From Prorocentrum cordatum (Eukaryota): 64,000 nucleotides of DNA. Positions 38,216-53,082 of the stretch are shown piece after piece; the first letter of the stretch is position 1; the number at the start of each line of letters is the position of its first letter. The position numbers were made by a program, and so were the translations under genes. The stretch covers positions 1 to 64,000 of the forward strand of contig CAUYUJ010000178.1 in the NCBI GenBank assembly GCA_963575745.1, given 5' to 3'. The notes beneath the pieces are model-generated. The model did not search any database, was not told the DNA's origin, and was given only the letters and a program-made list of their open reading frames with translations.

Positions 38216-38707
38216 AGCTCCTCTTAATGCGGTGCATACAACGACGGTGTTCACAACTGCACATGATTGGGCCCTTCGCCAGGCTAATTGTTTCCAACCT
38301 CGTAGATGACTCTTGGGTTTACACTTGTCCTCCTCCCTCTCCTCCTCCGCCTCCGCATCCGTCTCCTCCTCCTCCTCGTCCGCCTCCTCCTCCTCGACCT
38401 CGTCCTCCTCCTCGTCCTCGTCCTACTCCTCCTTTTGCAGCGCTGTGCCTCCTCCTCCTCCTTCTCCTCCTCCTTCTCCCCTTCGTCCTGCTCCTCCTCC
38501 TCTTCCTCCCTCTCCTTTGGGAACGCCGTGTCTTCTCCTCATCGTCTTCCTCCTCTTCATGTTCCTCCTCCTCCTCGTTCTCCTCCTCCTCCTCTTCCTC
38601 GTTCTCCTCGGCTTTTTCTGTATGAATAATTCACCCCCTGTCGCACCCCGGGACAAGTTTCTAGGGCGGACCATCGTCATCATTATCATCATCATCATCA
38701 TCATCAG

Positions 38708-38742
<35 letters not shown>

Positions 38743-39683
38743 GCATCATCATCATCATCATCAGCATCAGCATCATCAGCAGCAGTATCAGCATCATCAG
38801 CATCAGCATCAACGTCAGCATCATCAGCATCATCATCATCACCATCATCATGATTAACATCAGCATCATCATCAGCATCACCAGTAGCATCATCATGGCA
38901 TTATTTCTCCTCATCCTCCTCCTCTTCCTGTTCCTCCTCCTCCTACTCTGCCTCCTTCACATTGGAGGGCGCTGCGCCTCCTCCTCCTCCTCCTCCTCGT
39001 CCGTGGGGAACGCTGCTCCTCCTCCTCCTCCTCGTCCTCCTCCTCCTCCTGCTCCTCCTTGTCCTCCTCATCTTCCTCCTCGTCCTCCTCCTCCTGCTCC
39101 TCCTTGGGGACCGCTGCGCCTCCTCTTCTTCCTTGGGGAACGCTGTGCCTCCTTCTCCTCGTCCTCCTCCTCGTGCTCCTCCGTCTCCTCATCCTCCTCC
39201 TCCTCCTCCTCGCCCTCCTCCTCCTCCTACTCTCCTACTCCTCCTCCTCCTCCCCCTCCTCATCCTCCCCCTCCTCCTCCTCCTCCTCATTCTCCTCCTC
39301 ATGCTCATCATTCCCCCCCTCTTCCTCATCCACCACCTCCTTGGGGAACGATGTGCCTCCTCCTCCTCCTCCTCGTCCTTCTCCTCCTCCTCCTCCTCCT
39401 GTTCCGCCTTCTCCTCCTCCGTGGAGAACGCGCTGCCTCCTCCTCATCCTCCTCGTCTTCCGTCTCCTCCTCCCCCTCTTCTTCTTCATCCCTTTCCTCC
39501 TCCCCATCTTTCACATACTCCTCCTTCCCCTCCTCCTCATCCTCCTCCTCGTCCTCCTCCCCCTCCTTGGGGAACGCCGTGCCCCCTCCCCCTCCCTCAC
39601 CATCTCTTCTTCCACATCTTTCACCACAGTCTCCTCCTCCTGATCCTCCGCCTCCTCTTCGCATCCCTCTTTCTCCTCATCCT

Positions 39684-43287
<3,604 letters not shown>

Positions 43288-46256
43288 CATCATCTTCCTC
43301 ATCCGATCCAGACCTTCACATTTCTCCTCGCGACCTGATGTTCCCCAGACCTCCAGCGTCTTGAATAAGTCGACGCGTCGGTGTTTCCACGTTTTCGGCC
43401 TCTGGGGGCCCTCGTCGTGGGCCCTTCGATCCGACGTCGCGAACAGCAACATCGCGAAAAATCGTGATCGGAGTCCTTGTCCCCATCTTTCTGCTGCATT
43501 TGTCGAGCCGGAGCAACCTCGTAGCACCCCGCAGTTGCGGGTAAGATGTAGAGGGGGCGGCGCGAGCGAACGCATCGCCCCTTTGCGTTGCTTCAAGTGG
43601 TGCTCCCATGTCCTGCCCACATGTACTGCCCCCAAGTTTCGCCCCCCATGTATCGCCCCGACGAACTGCCCCCATGGATTGCCCCCTTGCCCCCATGTAT
43701 CGCCCCCAAGGACCACCCCCATGTACTGCCCCCAAGTATCGCTCCCACGTGTTGCCCCCAAGTGTCGCCCCCAGAGGCGGAGCCCTTCATCTATCCACAC
43801 GCGCGCAGGGAAGAAGCAAGACAGTTCGGGCCCCCTCAGTCATGTACAGTCGGGGCGCTGAGGAAGAAACCTTTTTTGTTTGGGAGGGGCTCGGTGTTCC
43901 TTGATTGTTTCAGAGTTTGCCTCGGGTTTCCCGGAGGTTTTCCATGGGAAATCGAGGTTGAACTTATTGGAAATAGGGGCCTCGTTCCTAATTTACGGTT
44001 CCTTAGGTCAACGCCCCGACTGCATCACCCCCAGGTGTCGTTCCCATGCACTGCCCCCGGGTAGCGCCCCGATGCAGTGCCCCCACGTATCGCCCCCAGA
44101 GACGAAACTAAGCCCTCCATCCAGCCACGCGCGCCCAAAGAAGAAGCAAGACCGTTCGGGCCCCCTCATTCTGACTCGGAGGTGGACAGAACCCCCAACA
44201 GTGACACGTCGATTAGTGAATTGTCCGTTTTCGGTTCTCGAGAGGGCGCCGTGGCCGTCATTTTCCAGGCTTGCGCCCGCCAGGTTTGGGCATCAGGTGG
44301 TTTTCACTAAACCACGTTTTACTAACGGGGGGTCTGTCCATCCCCGACTGACCAGCCTGGAACATATCCCGATCCTTATGATTGGCATCGCCTGATCTCG
44401 ATGTCGGTCGTAAGGATTCCCTGAGTTTCTGAGGGCGCATCCCTGAGATTGTCATCGCAGTTGGGCTTGTCCACCTTCGGGAGAGGGATAGTGAAGGCAA
44501 GATCGAGATTGGCGAATCAAAACGCCGGTTTCTCGTCGTTTTTGTCGGCCCTCCCCGGGCCCTGGGGTTGTCAACTAAAGGACTCGCCCTGGGGGCCTCG
44601 TGAGGGGTGCTCTGAAAGCCCTGGGGGCCTCCCAGACGAGAAGCCGGCCCTGGTCCCCAAGCTTGACGACCTTTCGCGAGCCGACTTGTGGGAACCGAGC
44701 CGGATAGCTCAAGGCAAACGCCGATGAATCGAAGCAAATCCAGATAAGCCTTTGCAAATAGTAGCAAATCCACGTACAACCGAGCATTTGATGAAGAGAC
44801 CTCAAAAAGTCGGACCAGCGTTTCTCATCAACTTTCCAGAAAGCTGGCCCAGATTCTTGAGCACGTTCGCTCTTCCAGCGTCAGCAACAGAAATTGGCCA
44901 AGGCTTGTTTTAAGAAACTTCGAGGAAGCTGGACCAGATGTCTTAAATGAGATGTGTCTTGATCAAGTGCTCGACTGCAAATCCGGGCAATTCCAGGCAA
45001 GTCCAAGTAAATCCAATTATCTCCTGGGAATGTGTGGAGCAAATCGTTGCCGTTCGCGAGTCGAGGGACGGCAAAAGTCGTTGAGTCCTTCACGACCTCG
45101 GGAAAGTGTCGGGACTTCCAGGGACTTTCGGCCTCTGGAGGCCCTCGCTGGGCCCTGGGACCGTCAAAGAACTGCTCAGGGCGAGAAGCCAGCCCTGGGG
45201 CAAGGGTTGGAACTCCAAGGGCTCCCACGAGGGCGCGAAGTTATTCGCGCTTCGTGGTCCTCGTTCCTGCCCCCCCTCCTCCTCGTCCTCCTCTTCTCCC
45301 TCAGGGGGGGCGGCGCGAGAGCGCGAAGTCATTCGCGCTTCGCGGAGCGCGAAGCGCGAAGTTGGGAGCCCCAGGACCTCTCGGGACCCCGTGTTGAACA
45401 AGTCAAGACGTCGGAAGTCTGGGGGAGGAGAGGAGGGCGAGGAGGAGAAGGACGCCGCAGGGAAAAGGTCGGGACCTCGGATGGCCGGGGGAGGAGAGCG
45501 AGGAGGCGAGGAGGGCGAGGAGGAGAAGGAGGGCGAGGAGGGCGAGGGGGGCAAGGGGAGGAGAGGAGAGGAGGGCGAGGATGGCGAGGGGGGGCGAGGA
45601 GGAGGGGAGGGCGAGGAGGGCGAGGGAGGGCGAGGAGGGCGAGGGGAGGAGAGGCAAGGAGGCGAGGAGGGCGAGGAGGGCGAAGGCGGGCCGGGGCTTC
45701 CCTGGGGCCCGGCACGGGATCACAAGACGAAACACACATAATTGGCAAGACCTCGGCTGCCCGGGGAGGCCGCGCCGCGGGCGGCGCCGCCGGCCAGCGA
45801 GGCGCAGCGGTGCGCGCTGGGCGGCGCCGGAGGCCGGAGAAGAGGAAGCGGCATGAAGAGACAGTGGAGGCCAGTCATTGGTCTCCACTCGGTCACCAGT
45901 GGCAAGAAGCACCCTTCGGGCCGGACGAAAGGGGGGGGATTGGGAAAGGGGGGGCTACGAAATTTGCTGCGCATTGGAAAACAACAAGACGGAGGTTTCT
46001 CTAAGTTTTTGGCCTCTGGGGGCCCTCGCCGGGCCCCGGGACCGTCAAAGAACGACTCGGGACGAAAAACCGGCCCCGGGGAAAGGGTCGGGAATTCTGG
46101 TGACCGAGTATTGAAAAAGTCACGGCATCGGATCTCTGGGTACAGTGGGGACCAGTGCCAAGAAGCACCCTGTTTGCCTCCATTCTGCCATGGGCTTCTT
46201 GGGTTTCGGCAGCTTTGCGATGGAGAGCGTGGCGTTCCCACACCAAGAAGCACCCT

Positions 46257-46441
46257 TCGGGCCGGACGAAAGGGCGGGAGTGGGAAAGGGGGGGCTACGA
46301 AATCTGCTGCATGCAGCTGGTTTCGGCCTCACCGAGGGGCCGATTCCTCGATACATAGCCGCCTCCGGCGCCGGGAAAATCAGCTACGTGAGCTGATTCT
46401 CAACCCCCCCCTTTGCTATCCCCCCCTTTCGCCCGACCCGA
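46257..46441. mobile_element. MITE family T1, copy 2
   Basis: TIRs TCGGGCCGGACGAAAGGG..CCCTTTCGCCCGACCCGA with perfect 5-bp TSD ACCCT. A truncated third copy starts at ~45916. Confidence 0.85.
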
Positions 46442-48604
46442 ACCCTGTTTGCCTCCAGGCTGCCATGGGTTTCTTGGGTTTCGACAGCTTTGCGATGGAG
46501 AGCGTGGCGTTCCCACACCAGAGGTCAATGGTCGTCCTGGGGTCTCAGGGTTGGGCTTCTTGCGGAAGGTTTCTTATGGTCGGGCCCCATATTGCACAAG
46601 GGGTTCGTACCCAGAGATCCGAGGCTCCCCAAAAATTGGAACAGGCGGATTTGGGCTGACTTCGGCCTCCGGGGGCCCTCGCCGGGCCTCGGGAGCGTCA
46701 AAAAAAGATTCGGCGCGAAAAACCAGCCCTAGGGAAGTGGTCCAGACCTCCGGGATCCACGCATCGAAAAAATTGGAGCAGCCGGATATCTGGTGAGGGG
46801 GGGGCGTCCCAAGGTGGGGTTCGTTTCCCTCCCAACCCCACCTCTGGCCCCCTACCCAACCTTTCCGCACCCCCCGACAAGCCTCCTCCCGAAGAGCTGG
46901 GCCAGCGTCTCTTCGCCGATTTGATGGAAAGCTGGCAGGTCTCTCGAGCACGTTCGCCCCGCAGCGTTGACGAGCAAATCTGGCCCAGGCTGGTTTCAAG
47001 AAATGTCTGAGAAGCTGGCCCAGGTTTCTCAAGCGATAACTCCAGCCACGCGCAGAGGGGGTTGGGGGGAAGGGGGAGGGCTTCCTAGAAGCACCCCTGC
47101 TTCTCGGCGCCTTCTGAGAAGCAGCCTCCTTCTAACAAGCCTTCCCCCCTCCCTCCACCCCCTCCTCCTCCTCCTCCTCCTCCTCCTCCTCCCCCTCCTC
47201 CTCCTCCTCCTCCTCCTCCTCCACCCCCTCCTCCTCCTCCTCCTCCTCCTCCTCCTCCTCCTCCTCCCCTGTGCGCGCCGCCAACAGCAGCCTTGCGCAG
47301 CTGCTCGGCCGTGAGCTCTCGAAGCTCCGCGCGGGCTTCCCCAGAGGGGCGCCGGGCCCCCCGTGGCGCGCTGCGCGCGCGCCGCTTGGAACGACACACC
47401 GCGGGGGCTGCCAAGGGGAAGAGGGGGGGGCTCCAGGTGGGTGCTGCTCGAGGTGGTTTGCCCCCAGAGATCCGACGCACCGAGCAGATCAAGACGGGGG
47501 TTCTGCCGAGGTTTCTGGCCTCTGGGGGCCATCGCCGGGCCCCGGGAGCGTCAAAAAGCGACTCAGGACGGAAAGCCGGTCCCGGGGAAAGGGTCGGGAC
47601 TTCCGGGGGCCCCGCATTGACAAATATCACGACATCGGATTTCTGGGGTGGGTGCTGGGGCGGTTCGTATCTGGCTTCATCTGGCATGCACGTGGGCCAC
47701 CAGGGGCCCGGAGTGGCTCGAGGGAGTCCCATGACTCCGCCAAGTCGACGGAGCCCGCGGAGCTTGGATCTATACCCGCGCGCGCCCGGGCGCGCGCGGG
47801 CGCGCGCGCGCGTGCGTGCGTGCGTGCGCCCGCGGCAGTCGGGGGCACATGCAACCCAGTTCGAACCAATGTAGCATCCACTTCGAGCCCCCCTGGCAAG
47901 CCCCGTTGTGGTCCAAGCAGGGAGGGGGTGGCCGGCGCCGCTCTGGGAACTCCGCGCGGGCCCCTGAAGGCTTATGGTTCTGCTCGGCGCCGAGCCCAGG
48001 GGGCAATGCAGAGGGGGCGGGCCCAAGGCAACGACCACAACGACCAATGCGTGTCTGCTGCTGTACTCCGTGAGAGCACGTGGAGAAAAGGCTCGCCGAG
48101 GACTCTGCCGACCCTCGGTGTGAACTCGCTGGCCCAGCTTGCTCGAGCCTGGGACTCGACCCAGGGACACTGCAGAGGGGGCGGGCCTGCACGGGAGGCT
48201 TCAGGCCTTCTGCGAGGTTCCCCGTGCCTTCCCAGACATCGGGCGTCTCGAAAAAAACGAGACGAGGGTTTTTCAACGTTTTCGGCCTCTCGGGGCCCTC
48301 GCCGGGCCTCGGGGCTGTCGGAAAACGACCCGGGACGACAAACTGGACCCTGGAAGTGGTCGGGAGGTCGTGGGCCCACGTCTCGAAAAATCGAGACGTC
48401 GGATGTCTGGGTTCTCCGAAGGCACGGACGGCTTCACAGCAGGCGCGGGACCTTCTGCGAAGCCCCGCCATGCCTTTCTGAGAAGGCCTGCCCCCCTCGG
48501 ACGCCTGGTGGCTTTTTGGGTTATCAATCGGCTGCCCCGGAGGAGGAGGAGGAGGACGAGGAGGAGGAGGAGGAGGAGGAGGAGGATGAGGAGGAGGAGG
48601 AGGA

Positions 48605-48726
48605 GGGGGCCCTTCGGGACGAGCCCGTCACCCCCCGGAGCGCTCTCGGCGAGGCGCGGCTGCTGGAGAGCACCCCGAGGCGAGAGAGCCGCCGAGGCCC
48701 GACGAGCACGCCCGAGAGCGTCGAAG
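48605..48726 (+). CDS. Candidate exon (boundaries approximate)
   Basis: Coding-like island GALRDEPVTPRSALGEARLLESTPRRESRRGPTSTPESVE between a GGA tract and a MITE. Similar weak islands lie at ~45769-45850 and ~47271-47415. Confidence 0.3.
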
Positions 48727-48792
48727 CTCTGGCCCAGACCCAGAGATCCGCTGTCGTGATTTTTTCAATACGGGGTCCCCGGAAGTCCCGAC

Positions 48793-48944
48793 CAGGGGGC
48801 CACCTGCGAACCCTCCCCCCACCCCCCACGATTTCTGAGGGGGGGGGGGTTCACTTCGCTCGGGAGCTCCCGAGCGAAGTGAACCCCACCCTCCCCCTCA
48901 GAACTCGTTGGGGGGTAGGGGTAGGGTTCGCATGTGGCCCCCTG
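48793..48944. mobile_element. Foldback (fully palindromic) 152-bp element nested in a C1 MITE
   Basis: Termini CAGGGGGCCAC..GTGGCCCCCTG, 5-bp TSD CCGAC, perfect 42-bp loopless palindrome at 48846-48887. Confidence 0.8.
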
Positions 48945-49138
48945 CCGACCCACTCCCCAGGACCGGTCTCTCGTCCTGAATCGTTTTTTCACGGTCCCGG
49001 GGCCCGGCGAGGGCCCCCAGAGGCCAAAAACTTGGAGAAGCCTCCGTCCTGATTTTTCCATGCGTTGGATCTCTGGGGAGCCCCCTCTCGCTTCCCCCTC
49101 GGGCTCGCCGCCGACACGCCGTTCTGCCGCCCTCCAAG

Positions 49139-49490
49139 AGGGGCGGGGCTCGCGCAGAAGCGGGCGGGTGCGGAGCCCGAGGCCGCCTGCAGCGGCGCGG
49201 CTGCGCCCGGCAGCCTGGACCTCGTCTCGCCCCAGCGCAGGATCGGGGGCGGCAGAGAGGGGGGTGATGACTAGGGGGGGGGGGGATATCATGGCGGGGG
49301 CCATGATATTTCCCCAGATTTCACGGCGCCTCATCTTATTTCATTACGTCCCTGGCCCCCCTGCTGGGCCGCGCACATGCCGCCGGTCATGATTTGCACA
49401 CCCCCCCTCTTGGACACCCCCCTCTTGGCCGCTCCCGACAGGAGCAAGCGGATCCGCCTCACCGGCTCTCTGGGCGCTCAGAAGTTCGAG
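49139..49490 (+). CDS. Candidate exon pair split by a MITE-derived intron (49241-49441); outer boundaries uncertain
   Basis: Removing 49241-49441 (GA..AG) gives ...AACSGAAAPGSLDLVSPQR-RSKRIRLTG, including a basic NLS-like stretch. The second part ends at 49464 (GC donor) or 49490 (GT donor). Confidence 0.45.
49243..49438. mobile_element. MITE family T2, copy 2 (candidate introner)
   Basis: Same TIRs and body as 3239-3427; perfect TSD CAGGA (49238-49242 and 49439-49443). Confidence 0.85.
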
Positions 49491-49890
49491 GTTCGAGCTT
49501 TTTGGTTTCGCAGTTGCGTCTCAGACATGAGATCGCGGCGTACACAGTTCAGGACGGAGGTTTTTCACTAGTTTCGGCCATTGGGAGCCCTCGCCGGGCC
49601 CTGGGGCCGTAAAAAAACGCCTCGGGGTGAAAGACCAGCCCCAGGGCAAGGGTAGATGGACTTCTGGAGACGCCGTATGTCAGGGAAAGAAACACACACA
49701 GACACAGTCAGTCGTCGGCTCCCAGGAAAGTAGAGGAAAGCATGGAATGTGGGGGGGGGGAAGACCAAAGCCCAGAAACTATATGGGAAAATCTCGGGAA
49801 CATCCTGGGGGTTGTGTCTACTTCTTTGCGTGGCCCTGGGCCCCGTCAGCATGGAAAACATCAGGGCGCCCCACGTCTGGGGTCGGTCCT

Positions 49891-50073
49891 CCCAGACATC
49901 GGGCGTCTCGAACAAATCGAGGCGCAGGTTCTTCCTCGTTTTCGGCCTCGCGGGGCCCTCGCCGGGCCTCGGGACCGTCACGAAACGACCCGGGACGGAA
50001 AACTGGTCCCGGGGAAGTGGTCGGGAGGTGGGGGGCCCGCGTCTCGCAAGAATCGAGACGTCGGATGTCTGGG
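49891..50073. mobile_element. Representative copy of the dominant ~185-bp MITE family C1 (CCCAG..CTGGG termini, 2-bp TSD); tens of copies across the window
   Basis: TSD CT here. Other checked copies: 7779-7961 (AA), 48231-48411 (TT), 50225-50411 (CT), 51418-51603 (TA). Further copies cluster at 2.8-8.7 kb, 45-51.6 kb, 58376-58559 and 62-64 kb, in both orientations. Confidence 0.85.
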
Positions 50074-51664
50074 CTCGGCGCTTGCCCAGCCTCGGGGCGC
50101 GCTCTCTAGCAGGAGCGCTCCGCCGCGAGCGCTCCGGGGAGGGGCGCCCGGAGCCTCCCGAGCGGCCGCGGGAGGCCCGAGCTATGGATGGCCCGACGGC
50201 CACCGGGCACGGGGGAGTTGGGCTCCCAGAGATCCAGCGCATAGGAAAGATCGAAAAAGACATGTTTTTGTTTCAGTTTTGAGCCTCTCGGGGCCCTCGC
50301 TGGGCCTCGGGACCATCAAGAAGCGACTCGGGACGAAAAGCCGGTCCCGGGAAAAGGGTCGGGACTTCCGGGGACCCCGCATTGAAAAAATCACGACACC
50401 GGATCTCTGGGCTCTGAAGAGGAAGCATCGACCCCCCAATCGCCCCTTCATCACCAATATAGGGGCCTGAAACAGCAGACCACCCCGGCCAGGGCTCCGG
50501 GGCACGATGCCGCAGAAACACGCGGTCGCATGGATGCGTCCCGAGGGTCGCACGGACTCGTTCCCAGACATCCGGCTGCTCTAATGTCTTCGATGCGTGG
50601 GCCCCAGAGGTCCGGACCACTTCCCCGGGACCGGCTTTTCGTCCTGAGTCGTTTTGTTGACGCTCCCGAGGCCCGGCGAGGGCCCCCGGAGGCCGAAAAT
50701 TATCAAAAGTCGCCTGCTCAAATTGTTTGGGAGCGTCGGATCTCAGGGTTCCGCGCGGGGCCTCCGCGAAAAAGTGCCCCGGGTCGCGGCCCAGGGGCCC
50801 AGCCCGCGAGGCCGCGGATACGCATGATATGTTTCTGGTTGACCCAAGAAGGGGTCCAGCTACAAGGGGGTGGTGCAATAGATCTGGTGCGTTAGACTTG
50901 TGGGTTGCAATCGGTTTTGGGCGTGCAAGACATCCTGGGGCGCAAATGTATTGCTGGACTTTCGCGTGCAATAAAATATAGAGGCAACACGAGGCAATAC
51001 AGTTCTCTGGCGGAGTACATTTGCAGTACAAGTGCCCCAAATCTATTGCACCACCCCTTTCAACTGGACCCCCTTTTCCCAGACAGCCGACGCCTCGACT
51101 TTTTCGTGACGCGGGTGCCCCACCTCCCGACCCCTTCCCTGGGGCCGGGTTTTGTTTCACCCCGAGCCGCTTCCTGACGGTCCCGAGGCCCAGCGAGGGC
51201 CCCGAGAGGCCAAGAGCAGCGAGCAAAAAGCCGCCTCGATTTGTTTTCCAGACGCCCGGTGTCTCGGTTTTCTGGGCCACCCAAGTTCAGGAGGGGAAGA
51301 ACGCACACAGACACAATGAAGCGTCGATTCCGTAGAAGAAATGGGAAAAGATGGGCGGCGAGGGGGGGGGAAGACAGAAACCCAGAACCTGTGGGAAAAT
51401 ATGGGGGCATCTGGTTACCCAGACCCCCGACGTCGTGATTTTTTCATGACGTCGACCCCCAGAGGTCTGGACCCTTTCCCCGGGACCGGTTTTTCATCCT
51501 GAGTCGTTTTTTGACGCTCCCGCGGCCCGGTGAGGACCTCCGGAGGGCGAAAATAGCGAAAAACCTTCCGTCGTGATTTTTTCACGACGCGAGGGGGTCT
51601 GGGTATTTGTGTGCACTTATTTGTGTGTCCTTGGGCCCCTGCACGCGCGCCCCTCGGCGGCGAG

Positions 51665-51831
51665 GCTCCCCGGGCGCGGCCTCGGACTCGGGCTCCGGGA
51701 CGCCCTCCGTGCTCCTGGCGCCGTCGGCCCCGGCGGTGGCGATTGACCTGGACGACCTGTCCGATGGCTCGCCTGCGCGCGAGCTCGGTCCGATAGGGAC
51801 CGCGGGGGGGCCGGCCCAGGACGCAGGCTAG
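51665..51831 (+). CDS. Candidate late/terminal exon with a SUMO-interacting-motif-like sequence
   Basis: AG at 51663-51664. Encodes (G)SPGAASDSGSGTPSVLLAPSAPAVAIDLDDLSDGSPARELG...AG-stop. VAIDLDDLSD resembles the hydrophobic-plus-acidic SIM of PIAS/Siz proteins. Confidence 0.5.
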
Positions 51832-51833
51832 GG

Positions 51834-52867
51834 TCAGGTCGGGCACGTCCCTCTCCAGGAGGAGTGGTCAGAAACAGTTGTTATATATATATATATATAT
51901 ACAAGTGGCACGTGTGTGCCCAGGCTCATACAAAACACTGAAGGGGCGTTTGAAGCAGGAGTGAAATGCAACATCGAAGTCGCACTCGAGCGCAAGTGGG
52001 GTTGCCACACCTTGCGATGTGTGTACCAGGACCCCCCAGGAAGCCTCAGGAGGCCCGACTTGGATACCAGAAGAGGCTCCAGGAGGCCCCAGGATTGTGA
52101 GTGTTGTGCGTGTGTGTGTGATGTATGCTTTGTGTGGTGCGTGCTTTTTGTGTGTTGTAGGTGTTGTGTGTGTGTTATGTTTGTCTAGCGTGTGATGTGT
52201 TGGGCGTGATTTGTGTCTCTGTGTGCATGTAGTTCTGAAGCCCCAGGAGGCCCCAGGAAGCCCCAGGCGGCCTCAGGAGGCCCCAGGAGACCCCAGGAGG
52301 CTTCAGGAGGCCCCAAGAGGCTCCAGGAGGCCGCAGGAGGCCCCAGGAGGCCCCAGGAGGTTTCAGGAGACCCCCAGGAGGCTCCGAGGCGGGGTCTGGG
52401 GTGCCAGAAGGTTCAGAAAGCCCCAGGAGGCCCCAGGAGGTTCCAGGAGGCCCCCAGGAGGCTCCGAGGCAGGGTCTGGGGCTCGATTTTGGAAGGATTT
52501 TTCAAGCGAAACCGCCATTCCCTGAGAATCGGGGTCACAATTATTGAAATTACAAAGTGTTTTTGGACCCTGACGTCACGATCTGCGTGAGGGGTGCCAC
52601 CGATTTTCAGAATTTCGAGGATGTCCTGAGCGAAACGCCCAGAAAAATCGCGGACGCGTGCGCATTAATCGCCTCTGAGCTCTATTCCCTCGGAGAGGTG
52701 CGTATGATAATATATATAAATAAATATGTAACAAGAACAAACAATTTAAAAAAAGAAACTGTCTGGGGGGCGATGTTTGCGAGGATTGGTTTGCAGTGTT
52801 CGCATGCTTGTCGAAGCTGTCTATGTTTCGTCCAGGATCCGCCTGCAGGGGGGCATGCCCGACGTGA
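51834..52867. mobile_element. TIR-bounded composite insertion flanked by a 20-bp direct repeat
   Basis: Ends TCAGGTCGGGCACGTCCC / GGGCATGCCCGACGTGA. Flanks GCYCAGGACGCAGGCTAGGG at 51814-51833 and 52868-52887. Related TIR motifs occur at ~3475, 4596-4760, 53590-53736 and 62188-62654. Confidence 0.55.
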
Positions 52868-53043
52868 GCTCAGGACGCAGGCTAGGGCGCGCGCGGGGGA
52901 GTGCGAGCCGAGCGGTAATTTCAGCAGGGGCCAGCGACGCGGAGCTCAGTCGGTGGCGCCGCCTCTGCTGCGCATAGAGGCCAACACGCGTTCGCCGCCG
53001 ATCCTTGCGGGCACGGAAAAGGGCCCCCCAGGGGGCAGCGAGG

Positions 53044-53082
<39 letters not shown>

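Noticed and set aside
47271..49052. 593-aa single ORF
   Set aside because: It runs through several MITEs and a GGA tract; it is open by chance in GC-rich DNA, and only small islands may be exonic.
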